Assembly: GCF_001194135.2 (NCBI RefSeq)
Contig: NC_068985.1
Coordinates: 65,007,238 to 65,049,617 of the forward strand
Direction: 5' to 3'
Source of the DNA: Octopus bimaculoides
Taxonomy: Eukaryota
Length of the DNA: 42,380 bases
The position numbers were made by a program, and so were the translations under genes. Positions 22,831 to 35,039 of this stretch are shown here, piece by piece. Within the stretch, counting starts at the first letter, position 1. Every line of letters begins with the position of its first letter. The notes beneath the pieces are model-generated. The model searched no databases and had not been told where the DNA came from. It was given only the letters and a program-made list of their open reading frames with translations.

Positions 22831-23947
22831 TTTTGTGGATATGGCAATGATTGTTTTATTTTTATTATTGCTATTATTGTTGTTGTAGTTGGTGGTGGTG
22901 GTGGTGGTGGTGGTGGGTGGTATAGCTATTGTTGTTTTTGTGGTTATGTTTTCTGTACAGTCATTGTGAGTTGCAGGTCTTGAGAAGTCTATAAGATTTT
23001 CTTAACAGAGTTGACTACCATAGCAGAGAAGTGGGACACACAGTTTCCCTATTTTGAAGCTTTAATTTGCAACACTTGTTTTGTCCTTTATACTGAATTG
23101 TAATTTAAAGAATAAAAAGTAAACATAATAGTTGTGACTTACCTCCCAGATCCCACACAAAACACTTTGTCCAGTTCTTTTCCAGTACAACAACACCGTG
23201 AAATATCTTTCCTGCAGCTGCACCTTCCAAAAGTTATTCAATTTTAATATTAACCACATCAATCTCACCTGTTCTGGAAAGTCTTCAAACATCTCAGACA
23301 TTGTTCTTTCCTCCTCTCCTTATTTTCTACAAGAAATATCTATAAGGTGTTATATTTGATGTCAAGCTGAGCACAGTACTGTTAATTTTTAACAAAGGTG
23401 CAGGAAAGGTAAGTTACAGAGAACTTAATAAGGTTGTAGAATCAATCTTGGAGAAACTAGTGCAAGATAACTATGGGATATAATTTCAAGTTGCAGTAAG
23501 GTATGAAGCCAAATATTATTTTTTATTTCTTGTAGCAAAAACCAATAAATGTTGCTTTACAGACATTTTTGATGAAGCTAGATCTATTTTTCATTCAGCT
23601 TTCTTCACAATTATGTGTAATACATTGAAAATCTGTTGAACAAACTATCCCTTTTGTATTTTTATTTTCATCACAAAAGATCAGTTAACAGCTTAGTGCA
23701 CACCTCTTATTTCCATATAAACATGCAGTTATTTGAAAATAATAACAGGCATATACACATATATTCAGAATAATTACTTGACATAAAGTGAGTTTTAACA
23801 TTACTACTTTTAATAAAATTTTATGTAACTGTTAATGGCTATCATGGTTTACTCAATACAGATGTGTGATCTGATAATTTAGATAACAATATTTTCATGC
23901 AAAATAAATTTGTATATATTAATGAATTTTATGTATTTCTATTTTAG

Positions 23948-24029
23948 CACATAGATAGAAGTGATACACAGGAAGCAAAATTTCACATTGATCCTACATA
24001 TCTTGAAACAGATTTCAATAGTCCATTGG
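23948..24029 (+). CDS. Candidate internal coding exon of an unidentified host gene (82 nt, phase 0 to phase 1)
   Basis: Acceptor tatttctattttAG and donor GTAAGT, in unique AT-rich DNA. Only one frame is open: HIDRSDTQEAKFHIDPTYLETDFNSPL. Confidence 0.6.
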
Positions 24030-24465
24030 GTAAGTATTTCTATATTTTCAATTACTTATATTTAGTAACTTTAAAAAGAGTAGATCCTTTCAGATTTTAT
24101 TTTGATATAGATGTACTTGTACCTGCTTGTAAACCAGTTTTGTCCTATTTTCTTTCAGACTATGACAACTTGTTTAACCTATGTCAGCATGGAAACTAGA
24201 ACATAAAATAATGATGAGGAGAATAACTTGCCAGATTTCTGTTTGCTTTTGTGTAGCATGTCATTTTGCTTCTTCTTCCCCTAACTCACTAAATTTTATC
24301 TGTTTAAATCAATCCTTGTTCTCTATACAGCTATATTCTGCCTGTTAGCTTTTGTCACTCCTTGAAAATATGGCATGTGTTTGATCTGACTGAATTTGGA
24401 CAATGTGCGAAACTATTAAAATTTTGTCTTCCTTATTAATTCTTATTGCCTTTAAAATATAATAC

Positions 24466-25915
24466 TGGCTCATGTGCGGGCGACACATGAAATCTTTCGA
24501 GCGGGATCGTTGCCAGTGCCCCTGGACTGGCTCATGTGCGGGCGACACATGATATCTTTCGAACGAGATCGTTGCCAGTGCCCCGAGACTGGCTCTTGTG
24601 CGGGTGACACATGAAATGTTTCAAGCGGGATCGTTGCCGGTGCCCCTGGACTACCTCGTGTGCGGGCGACACATGAAATCTTTCAGTGGGATCNNNNNNN
24701 NNNNNNNNNNNNNNNNNNNNNNNNNNNNNNNNNNNNNNNNNNNNNNNNNNNNNNNNNNNNNNNNNNNNNNNNNNNNNNNNNNNNNNNNNNNNNNNNNNNN
24801 NNNNNNNNNNNNNNNNNNNNNNNNNNNNNNNNNNNNNNNNNNNNNNNNNNNNNNNNNNNNNNNNNNNNNNNNNNNNNNNNNNNNNNNNNNNNNNNNNNNN
24901 NNNNNNNNNNNNNNNNNNNNNNNNNNNNNNNNNNNNNNNNNNNNNNNNNNNNNNNNNNNNNNNNNNNNNNNNNNNNNNNNNNNNNNNNNNNNNNNNNNNN
25001 NNNNNNNNNNNNNNNNNNNNNNNNNNNNNNNNNNNNNNNNNNNNNNNNNNNNNNNNNNNNNNNNNNNNNNNNNNNNNNNNNNNNNNNNNNNNNNNNNNNN
25101 NNNNNNNNNNNNNNNNNNNNNNNNNNNNNNNNNNNNNNNNNNNNNNNNNNNNNNNNNNNNNNNNNNNNNNNNNNNNNNNNNNNNNNNNNNNNNNNNNNNN
25201 NNNNNNNNNNNNNNNNNNNNNNNNNNNNNNNNNNNNNNNNNNNNNNNNNNNNNNNNNNNNNNNNNNNNNNNNNNNNNNNNNNNNNNNNNNNNNNNNNNNN
25301 NNNNNNNNNNNNNNNNNNNNNNNNNNNNNNNNNNNNNNNNNNNNNNNNNNNNNNNNNNNNNNNNNNNNNNNNNNNNNNNNNNNNNNNNNNNNNNNNNNNN
25401 NNNNNNNNNNNNNNNNNNNNNNNNNNNNNNNNNNNNNNNNNNNNNNNNNNNNNNNNNNNNNNNNNNNNNNNNNNNNNNNNNNNNNNNNNNNNNNNNNNNN
25501 NNNNNNNNNNNNNNNNNNNNNNNNNNNNNNNNNNNNNNNNNNNNNNNNNNNNNNNNNNNNNNNNNNNNNNNNNNNNNNNGCCCCTGAGCTGGCTCTTGTG
25601 TGGGGTTGTTGTAGGATTTTCGAGCGGGATCGTTGCCGGTGCCCCTGGGCTGGCTCTTGTGCGGGTGACACATGAGGTTTCTCAAGCGAGATGAGCGTGG
25701 CCGTTGCCAGTACCGCCTGACTGGCCTTCGTGCGGGTGACATGTAAAAGCACCCACTACACTCTCTGAGTGGTTGGCGTTAGGAAGGGCATCCAGCTGTA
25801 GAAACTCTGCCAAATCAGATTGGAGCTTGGTGTAGCCATCTGATTTCACCAGTCCTCAGTCAAATCGTCCAACCCATGCTATCATGGAAAGCGGACGTTA
25901 AACGACGACGACGAC
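24466..25915 (+). mobile_element. 5'-truncated RTE insertion consisting of the 62-bp tandem array + 3' UTR + (GAC)n tail
   Basis: 62-bp units at 24466-24693 and 25580-25745, and a tail ggacgttaaacgacgacgacgac. The candidate TSD taatac is at 24460-24465 and 25916-25921. Confidence 0.88.
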
Positions 25916-26299
25916 TAATACCAAATCTTTCAGTTTCTGTGATTTTTTCACATTTTTAAACTTTTTCAAAATATTTTTAAAGTGATTTTTCTAAAACTAA
26001 TGTTGCATTTTTTAAATGCTATTTTGCTTTGGTACACCTGCCCAATCCTCCCCTCCACCTATATCAGAAGTCTTTCTCCTAGAACCTCTACTGGAAACCT
26101 ATACAGAATGTGCTCTCTCTCCCACTTCTATCTAGTGGTCTATCTCCTGGTAAACATGGCAAGTGTGAATCAAATGAATGATGGTGAAGTAAATGCAGGT
26201 TCAGACCTATTTGAACTTAGATGATATGTCTTGTACATACAAGCTTTCGTTTCAGATACAAAATGCTGTTCCCCATTCCTGTGTCCTTTTGGCCCACAC

Positions 26300-27812
26300 C
26301 TTCCACACCCTTAGAGTTAGCACACTCAATGTGGGTACATTGAAAGGTAGGTCTTGGTGAGATTGTTGGATATGCTTGAATAGAAACATGTAGATGTGTA
26401 TTGCATCCAAGAAGTAAGGTGGAGAGGGGGTTCTGCCAGGTTCCTCACAGGCAAAAAGCATAGGTATAGAATCTTCTGAGTTGGGAACAGTGATGGGGTT
26501 GGTAGTGTGGGTATAAAAGGGGCTGATAAGGTAATCATGATAGTGAGAGTGTGTGATAGAATACTTGAGCTCAGACTAGTTTTGCAAAGAGGAACAGCAA
26601 CTATTATCTTGGCTTATGCCCCTCAATTGAGCCTACCTGATGAACAGAAAGACCAATTTTATGACACCCTTTTACAGACCACTTTATTGACAAATGACAA
26701 TGACCTTCTCTTTGTGGCTAGCAATTTCAATGGCGATGGTGGGCAACAGATTCAGCTCCTGTAATGAGGAGGGTACCAGACTACTGGAGTTCTGTGATGC
26801 AAATGACCTTGTGATCTGCAATACTAACTTCAGGAAACTTACTAATCACCTATTCATCAATCTGGTGGGCACACTAGCTAGACTGATTACGTTCTTGCTA
26901 GAAAATGGGGAAGGTAGCTGCTTATAAATGCCAAAACTTTCTCAGGTGAAGAATGCACTCCTCAACATAGGTTAGTTGTTAGCGACTTCAGATTCAGGAC
27001 TAAAAGGCTGCTGAGCAGACAACTGGAAGCTTAAGGATCCTCTGAATGGTCAGCAATTTAGAGACATGTTACTTAAAGCATTTGGTGAAAAGAAAAGGAG
27101 GATATAGTGACATATAACATGGAGAACAACCAGAGGACAACCTCTTGAGGGCCACTGACCAAATGTGTGGCTGGTGCAAAGTTCCTTCTTGACCTAAGGT
27201 GACACGGTGGTGGAACAGTGTAGTTAACAGAGCCATTAGAGAAAAGAAACAGGTCTAGAAGGACTGGAAGTGTGGTGGTAACAGATAACTGTATCAGATA
27301 GCCAAAAGGGAGGCTAGGAAACAGGCATATTTAGCCAGAGGAGAAGCAGAAAAGAAGTTTGCCATTGTTCTGTGGCATGAGAACCAGAGACTTGAAGTGT
27401 TTCAGATTGCAAGACAGTGTGTGAGAGAAAATCATGTTGTCATAGGAGAGAAATGTGTCTGCATGGATGATGGCTCACTCGCATTTAGTCATTCTGCAAA
27501 GCAAGAGGTTTGGAAATGCCATTATAAAAGGCTGCTAAATGTAGAGAATGCATGGCAGGAGAATTGACAGTAGCTTGAGAGATAAAGCAGCTAAAGATAT
27601 GAAAACAGGGAAAGCTCCCATCCCATCAGGAATCACCTCTGAGAGGCTTAGAATATCTAGTGGAGTGGGATATGACTTGGTCACCCATATAGTTAATCAG
27701 GTTTTCCCCGAGGGAGTCATACCCAGTGACTGGTGTAGCAGCATTATAGCCAGAAATAATTATTGAGGCATCAAATTGCTGGACCAGATGATGAAAGTCA
27801 CAGAAAGGGTCA
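26300..27812 (+). mobile_element. Old RTE 5' portion (APE endonuclease to RT start)
   Basis: LRVSTLNVGTL, AYAPQLSLPDEQKDQFY, NFNG, NEEGTRLLEFC...ICNTNFRK and KTGKAP.PSGIT. Many stops, and it ends at a small gap. Confidence 0.85.
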
Positions 27813-27899
27813 NNNNNNNNNNGTATCTATGTTCTCTTTTTCTTTTTAATTTATGAATTTTGACTAGCCTCCTGTTTCTTTGCAAGGTTGTAAAGGAAA

Positions 27900-28600
27900 G
27901 CATCTTGTTTTGTACATCATCCTTCAAATCTTAAGAAGGTGTTGCAGATTTTTATACTCGCAGATGTCATGATCATTTGTAGTGTATGAATTAAGGACTT
28001 GGGTTCTCTTCCCAAGAACCCAAGTTCAGCCATACTTTGCTCCAGACAGGTTGGTATGTATACTGTTGCTCCAATAATAATAGATACGAAACTGAAAGTG
28101 TATCTTGGGTACTGGATTTGCAAACTCCTTATCCATAGATGTCATCTTTATCGTGTATTCTTCCAACCACAAGATAGCTGCTTTCCACAACAGAACATAT
28201 CTTCTCTTTGTGATCTCACTCAACAGTATCTGGATGGTTGTGTTTTAATTTGGTGGCTGTTTTAATTTTTAAGTTCAACCAGTGTTATTTTGACCTATTA
28301 ATCAACTTCTATATGTGTTTTCTTTTTTGTTATCCTGTTCCAGACTGTTCTGGTCACTGCATCATGCCTCATGGGAAGATATTATGTGGAAGGCATTCTC
28401 TTTTATTTGGCAACAATGTAGTTGGTGCCTTCAGTTTTGGTCTTGTACAGCCTACATTTGTTTTCTGCTTTTTATGCTATAGGTACATGGGGATCTTTTG
28501 TTCTTTAATTGCATTGAGGTTGCCTTCAAAATGGGATGTCATACACTTGTTGGTACTCCATGCCAAGCTTTTGACATTATTAATTCCTTCTATGGATTGT
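27900..28600 (-). mobile_element. C-terminal part of an RLE-type (R4/Dong-like) LINE: decayed CCHC + restriction-like endonuclease
   Basis: CRLYKTKTE....YLPMRHDAV, then KHNHPD...KIC..VE (PD-(D/E)xK-like), ending IKICNTFLRFEG*. Confidence 0.7.
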
Positions 28601-28849
28601 ATGTGTATTAATGAATTAATTAATGATAATAATGATTTCTTTTATTTACCACAGAGGTATAGATGACGGTGACATTACAACGTCAGTCTACAATTTGTGT
28701 GGGGGTTTACATGAAAGATGAGAGGAATGAAAGGGAAAAGACAGTGAAATGAGTTAAAAATATATATAATCTACAATGTGAACACATAAATGAGGCAGTC
28801 CTCCTGATACAAGAGAACCTTCACCTAAAGCCAATCAAGAAACTCCACA

Positions 28850-30610
28850 GATCCAGGATTACTATAATCTCCAAAGACATGAGCCCCTACCCAACTGTTG
28901 TCCTCCAATCTACAGTTGCATACTTAGAGTGGGTCCAATTCACCCTAACCATTTTTGCTGTGGTCACCCACCTTTCACAAACAAATTCACTGGTAGAGAG
29001 CACTTCCCCCTCCACCCTCAGTTTCCTTTCCATGTAGAACTTTTGAAAATCAATGAGGGCTTGATTGAAGAGGAAGGTGTTTTTCTCCAATCCTTTCATC
29101 CTCATCCACCACACAGCTTCTTTCATCATAGCTGCTCGACAGGAACACTGCCTGGTCTGCCCAGTTAAAGGTAGGAAGTGGGATGATCTTTACAATGAAT
29201 TTGGCTGATAGTTGGATTTGTCCTACATATGACAGCAGTGGTTGTGCAATATGAGTGTGTGTAGCATGGTTTCATTACTCTGCGTGTATCCCAGGCAGTT
29301 CTGCCTGGTGACACTTCCATGACTGTCAAGTTTATTTCAAGCTGACAGTGCTCCCTTGTAGCACTGCCAAGCCAGAGATTCATGGAAGCTATCCATAGTA
29401 GTTTCCAGCCTGGAAGTCTGTTGAAGCAGACCATCTAGTTGATACCAAGAGTTTTAACTAGAGGTGGGTAAGAACATCAGTGCTCTTGCCTGCCATTAAA
29501 TTTTGATTTACTGCTAATGTAGAATTTCCACTGCCCACATTGCCAGATAAGTAGAGGGTGGCAAGTGCTTGACAACATTCCAGCTGCTATGTACCCAATT
29601 TTGGCCTTTTCTTAACCTAGGACTGCAGCTCTGTCAAAGATGTACTGCAGAAAGATATGTCTTATAAATGAAAACCACATTGACTCAGTATCCTGGAAAT
29701 TCTGTTGGTAACATAGCCTTAGTGCATGTCTGTACATCAGTAGCCATGACATGCAAAGCCTACTCTCCAAAGGTCACTGGTAGCAGATGGACCACCTGAT
29801 CAGTGGAATATGTGCTTTTTACAGGAAGTAAAAAATTAAGTGTTCTTGTCTAGCTAAGTATGGACTGAGGCAAGGCATAATGGTCAGGCAGTAAGTTATT
29901 ACAGAGGCAATGTAGGCATTCACCACTTCTGCTCAACTTTTCAGGGATAGTTTCTTCTTAGCCCATTTTCGAGTGATGTTGACTATCTCGCTTGTAATCT
30001 CATCATAATTTTGTCCACCAAAAGTCAGGAACAAACCAGACCCCAAGCAATTTCACCAGTCCATCTGTCCAGTGATCTACTATGCTGTTCAATGGCATAG
30101 TCTTGCCTCTCCAAGTGCTAAGCCACAGCCCTACTAATTTGTTCAGATTTATTTTCACTTCTACTATTGCTTCATGTTCCTTTAGCATGGAATCTATTAT
30201 CTGAACTTCCATGGTGTCTGACTCTATTACTGTGATATCGTTTTTTTATACTCGAAGCATTTGATGAAATAGAAGGGGATATAGCATCATCCCCTATGTT
30301 GGCATCCTTTCTCATCAACATTAATACACCCCAATTCACAGAACTGGGAATTCTCTCATTTTGCAATAGGTGTTCATCAGGAGATTAGCAAATGGATCTG
30401 GCATATAATGATAAAATACATACAGGAGACCATCCAACCCAGGTGATGTATCCCTTATGCAACCACTCTATACTTCTTGTATCTCAGCTGTTGTTATTGG
30501 TTTGTCCGACATCTAAGTCAAGTGATATCAGGTCATTGAACAAGTGACCTTGATTCCAAGCTGACCCCAGACCATGTACATTAACACATCCTACTCTGAG
30601 TGGCACCATG
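28850..30610 (-). mobile_element. Internally deleted Tx1-clade ORF2 (start, RT pieces, C-terminus)
   Basis: MVPLRVGCVNVHGLGSAWNQGHL (same family as 3915) is joined to KPITTAEI..SPGLDGL..FY, then to ITVI..KINLNKLVGLWLSTWRG..VKLLGVWF. Confidence 0.8.
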
Positions 30611-30989
30611 TTTATTGAAAAAATAGTGAGAGAGGTTAGTCACCTACTACGACATGGTGAATGGCATGTGTGTGCGTATAATGCCTACATATAAAGAAAT
30701 GAAACATATTGGGATGGGTGCATGCAGGCACTCACTTTCACCATTTTTCCATTGCTATGCACTCTTTATTCTCTCCTTTCATCTAGCTAGCCAGAAAGTC
30801 CCCACTTACCCTTTTACCCTTTTCTTCCTCTCCCCTCCTTTCATCTTGCTGATGTTTGCCCCTGTTGGTTTGCAGAATTGAAATATTGTACTTCTTTGAG
30901 TAATAATTGTTTAATTGGACATGTACAAGACCGCTCTGCTAGCAGGCAAGTGTTTGCTCAGATCTTCTTTTCTCCTGACTAACCTTCTT

Positions 30990-33500
30990 CTCTTCCTATC
31001 AAGTTCACAGCATTAGATCCACCACAATGAAAGATAGGTGTGGTGAGACTATTGAAATGCTAGAACAGAGGCATGTAGATGTGAACTATGTGCAAGACAT
31101 AAGATGGAGGGGAGCCTCAGCTAGACTCCTTATGGGCAAGGAACAAAGGTAGAAACAAAGGCAATGATGAAGTGGGTGGTGTAGGCATACTTTTGGTTAA
31201 GAAATGGGTTATGTAATTGAACTAGTAAGAGTATGTGAGAAGATAGTGAAGCTGATACTGGTCTTGGATAATGTAACAGTGCTTCACACGCTGGACTGAC
31301 AGATGAACAGATGGACTAATTTACAAAGCCCTTTTTTTTTTAGATTACCACAATGACAAATGACAATACCTTATGATTGTGGCTGATGACTTCAACAGGT
31401 ATGTTGGGCAGCATCTCATTGGATTTTAGGGTATATGTAGAGGTTATGACTTTGAGAAATGAAGAAGGAATGAAGTTCTGGAGTTCTATGATGCAAATAC
31501 TTGATGAGCTGCAACACCAGCTTCAACCAATCCAACTGATCACCTATCATTCTGGTAGGCATACAGGCCAAACTGACTACATTTTCACTAGAAAGCACAA
31601 TAGACAGATTTTTGTGGACACAAAATCTTTCCCTAGTGAAGAATGTACAACACAACATAAGTTAGTGACTTAGAGCTAGATTGACCCAGAGGCACAAACC
31701 AATGTGGAAAAGAAGATATAAAAGCTTAAAGTCAGAAATTTAGAAATGTTCATGTTGAAGCATTTGACAAAAATAGGATATGATAGAGACATTTAGCACA
31801 GATGACATCTGGAAGTTCCAATGGGAAAACCTATTGAGGGCCACTATGATAGGTGCAAAGTCCCAGCCAGTAATATAGTAGGGGAAAAATGAGATTGATA
31901 GAGCTATAAATGTGAAAAGATAGACTTGGAAAGACTAGAAAAATGAAAGCTGCAAAGACTACAAATATGAAAGCAAAGAATTATACTAGGTAGCTAGAAG
32001 AGGAGATAAGCATCAGGTTTACATAGCAAAGATAGATGTAAAAAGTGAGAAGTTTCTCAATGTTCTACAGTATGAAGATCACCAGCATGAGGTGTTCCTG
32101 ATTGCAAGATAGTGTATCAGGGAGAATCAAGATATTGGAAGTTAGAAGTGTGTGTGTGCGTGCATGATAATGGTACACTTACACAATTCTGAAAAGAAAG
32201 AGGCATGGCAGTGCAGCTATGAAAGGTTACTGAAGACTGAGAATGCATGAGAATAAAAGGGTCTTCCCAATGTGGACCCGGCAGAGAAACCAGCTCTCCT
32301 AGTTGACGGCAGTATGATAGAAAAAGCAATTAAGAATATAAAGGCAGGGAAAGCCATCTAGTCCATCAGGATTCACTGCTAGGATGCTTAAAATATCTGG
32401 CAGAGTAATATCTTAGTCTCTTGTATAGTTAATCAGGTTGTACAAGAAGGTGTTATAATGAACAACTGGTGCAGTAGCATTATAGCCAATGATCACAAGA
32501 GTAAAGAAGATGCCTCCGATAGAAGTAATTACAGCGGTATCAAATTTCTGGACCAAGTTGTGAGAGCTACAAAGTTATATCACCCCATTAATTAGGAAAA
32601 GAATTAGTCTAGATGAAATTCGGTTTACTTTTGTGTCAGGGAAAAGTACTATTGATACCCATTTTCTAGTAAGACAGCTACAAGAGAAGTATTTAGCTGA
32701 AAGTAAGTCAATGTACTTGGCATTTGTCAACCTGGAAAAAGCCTTCTACAATATCCCTCAGACTGTGATCAGGTGGTCTCAGGAAACTAAAGGTATACAA
32801 ATAACTTGTGAGAGCCATACAAGTTATGTACAGGGATGCTCTAAGTTAAGTGAGTGTTAGCAATGAATACAGCAACTCAATTTTTAGTCTTTCCTGTTCA
32901 TCAAAGTCATCCTGACCATAACAAAGGAGTTTAAGACCAGTTCCCTCAGGAATTTGCTGAATTTCATTCTTATTGTGGAATCTGTGACAGAAATAGAAAA
33001 GGAATTCTATATGTAGAAGCAAAACCTGGAATCAGCAGGCCTTAAAGTGAATGTAACAAAGATAAAAGTTCTAGTATGCAGGAAAACAGCCAGGACTTTA
33101 CTTACTTCAGCTAAATGGCCCTGCTTGATACATAGGAAAACAAAGTTAGGCAAACCATATGGTGTCCCCTGTGTAGGTTATACATACACAAGAGGTATTA
33201 TGGAATCACAGGTAAGCTAACAGAGAAAGTAAACTTTGTATATGGCAGATGTGCTGTAGCAGTAAACACAGTAAATAGATTTTCTCACATACCCTGGAGG
33301 TTCCCTAAATGTAGTAGACCATTTCCATTGCCTTGGTAACCTAATTAACACTGGAGGAGAATGTTTGAAAGTATAGTTGCTTGAATAAGAATAGGAGAAA
33401 GTTCAGGAAGTTATTAACTCTGTCAATAACAAAATGTCTCTACCTCAGAGTAAAAGACCAATTGTATGATATTGGTGTTTGTACAGCAAAAGTGAGATCC
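30990..33500 (+). mobile_element. Heavily decayed near-full-length RTE
   Basis: EMLEQRHVDV..IRWRGAS, NEEG, QTDYI, TQHKLV, KAGKA, NYSGIKFLDQV, FVNLEKAF, decayed PHD at about 33115-33255, and FHCLG. Confidence 0.8.
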
Positions 33501-33703
33501 TAAAAACCTTATGTTTATGTCTGTTCACCCACTACTTGGTCTTGCTTCTGCACCCAATCTATCCCCATCAAGCTTTTTCATCTTTCATTTTCCTAACACA
33601 CACCCCTTTATCACTCTCCTAACAGTGGCAATATTAGCTGTTGTAATCATATGACAGCAGTCTGCTCATATTTCTTCTCCTTTGTGTTACTTGTTATCAC
33701 CCC

Positions 33704-33706
<3 letters not shown>

Positions 33707-33769
<63 letters not shown>
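33707..33769. repeat. (CA)n microsatellite
   Basis: Directly visible. (CT)n is at 34049-34097. Confidence 0.95.
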
Positions 33770-33771
<2 letters not shown>

Positions 33772-34046
33772 CCTAATGAACCAATTCCTTTAGAATCCAT
33801 TTCTTTTCTCTATATCATTCCTTCCCACTTTATTTTCCCCTTTTTCCAACTTTCTGTGCCTCCAGGTTTCTCTCCCTCTCTTCTGAGCTACATCTTAGGA
33901 CCACCATACCTGATCTTTAATACCTATTCATATTTACTATCACTCTCAACACTTTCTCATATCTGATGTTGATGCCTCCCCCACCTTTGTCTCTCACTCA
34001 CTATTGCTACCACTATGTCCTTCTGATTACCATCTCTGTCTATGTA

Positions 34047-34100
<54 letters not shown>

Positions 34101-34469
34101 TCCACTCTATCATCCACCCCACCTGACACAGATTCTCCCCTTTTTCTGACCTACTTACAAATTTATTATACTCTTGCTGTCCATCCCTCCTGTATTGTTA
34201 CCTCCTGTATAGCTCCTTCCTGAGCTATTTCTTTTCCCTTCTCTTCTATACTATCGATTAACCTCCACCCTAGTACATTGTACTCTACATTAACTTCTAC
34301 CTCCCATCTCTAACTGCCTACCACACTCTTCTGAACTTATTCTGCCACTCCTCCTGATCCTCATATTCTGTCTTATACTAATCTTGTAACTTGAGAGTTC
34401 ACTCTGACGTCTCATCACCAACATCAGTTAACTTCTTTCCAGCTTCTCCCACCTATTTCTGTATAATGC

Positions 34470-34810
34470 AAGGTAGCCTTGTATCTCTTTTATAGCAAGA
34501 CAGATGTGCTTGTCCCTCTGTCATACTGTAGTCTCTCAATACCAGGCATAAAGCCACCTCCCTCTCTATCACAATCTCACTTAGTTGAGGTGGCTTCTTC
34601 TTTTACTTTGTCTTGTAAGTTACTTAGAGACATCACAAGCACTGGTGTCACAAAAAAAAATCACCTAGATCACTGTAAAGTGGATGGCACTAGGAAGAGA
34701 ATCCAGCCATTGAAACTATGCCAGAACAGACACTGGAGCTCAATGCAGTCCTCCAGCTTGGTGGATTCTGTCAAACTGTCAAAATCATACTAGCATAGAA
34801 AACTGACATT
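34470..34810 (+). mobile_element. Decayed RTE-type 3' tail / SINE
   Basis: agcactggtgtcac..aaaatcacc..cactgtaaagtggatggcactaggaagagaatccagcc...ctagcatagaaaactgacatta resembles the tails at 21430 and 25745. Confidence 0.55.
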
Positions 34811-35039
34811 AATTGATGAGGATAATGATTTTACATATAAGCATATGTTTGTGTATGTGTGTATTATTTAAAACAGTTTCATTTGGTTCCATCCAACTTC
34901 AAGTTTTGATGAGTTTGCATGTGTAAGACTGGTGAGATTGTGTGTGTGTTTACATGCATATATATATATGTATATATATAAATATATGTGTATTTTTTCA
35001 ATGTTTACAAATAATACAGAAAAAATAAATAAATAGTTA

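Noticed and set aside
23140-23165. VWDLGG Arf-like GTPase motif on the minus strand
   Set aside because: There is no upstream G1/G2 context, the frame has stops, and splicing gives an immediate stop.
23334-23408. + strand exon ending at the GTAAGT donor at 23409
   Set aside because: All three frames are closed from the best acceptor. It could only be non-coding or use a weak internal acceptor.
24466-24693. Hammerhead ribozyme in the 62-bp unit (stem followed by GAAA)
   Set aside because: The CUGANGA core is absent on both strands.
24466-25745. CRISPR-like array
   Set aside because: Whole units are homologous with no unique spacers, there are no cas genes, and the array is embedded in a eukaryotic LINE 3' UTR.
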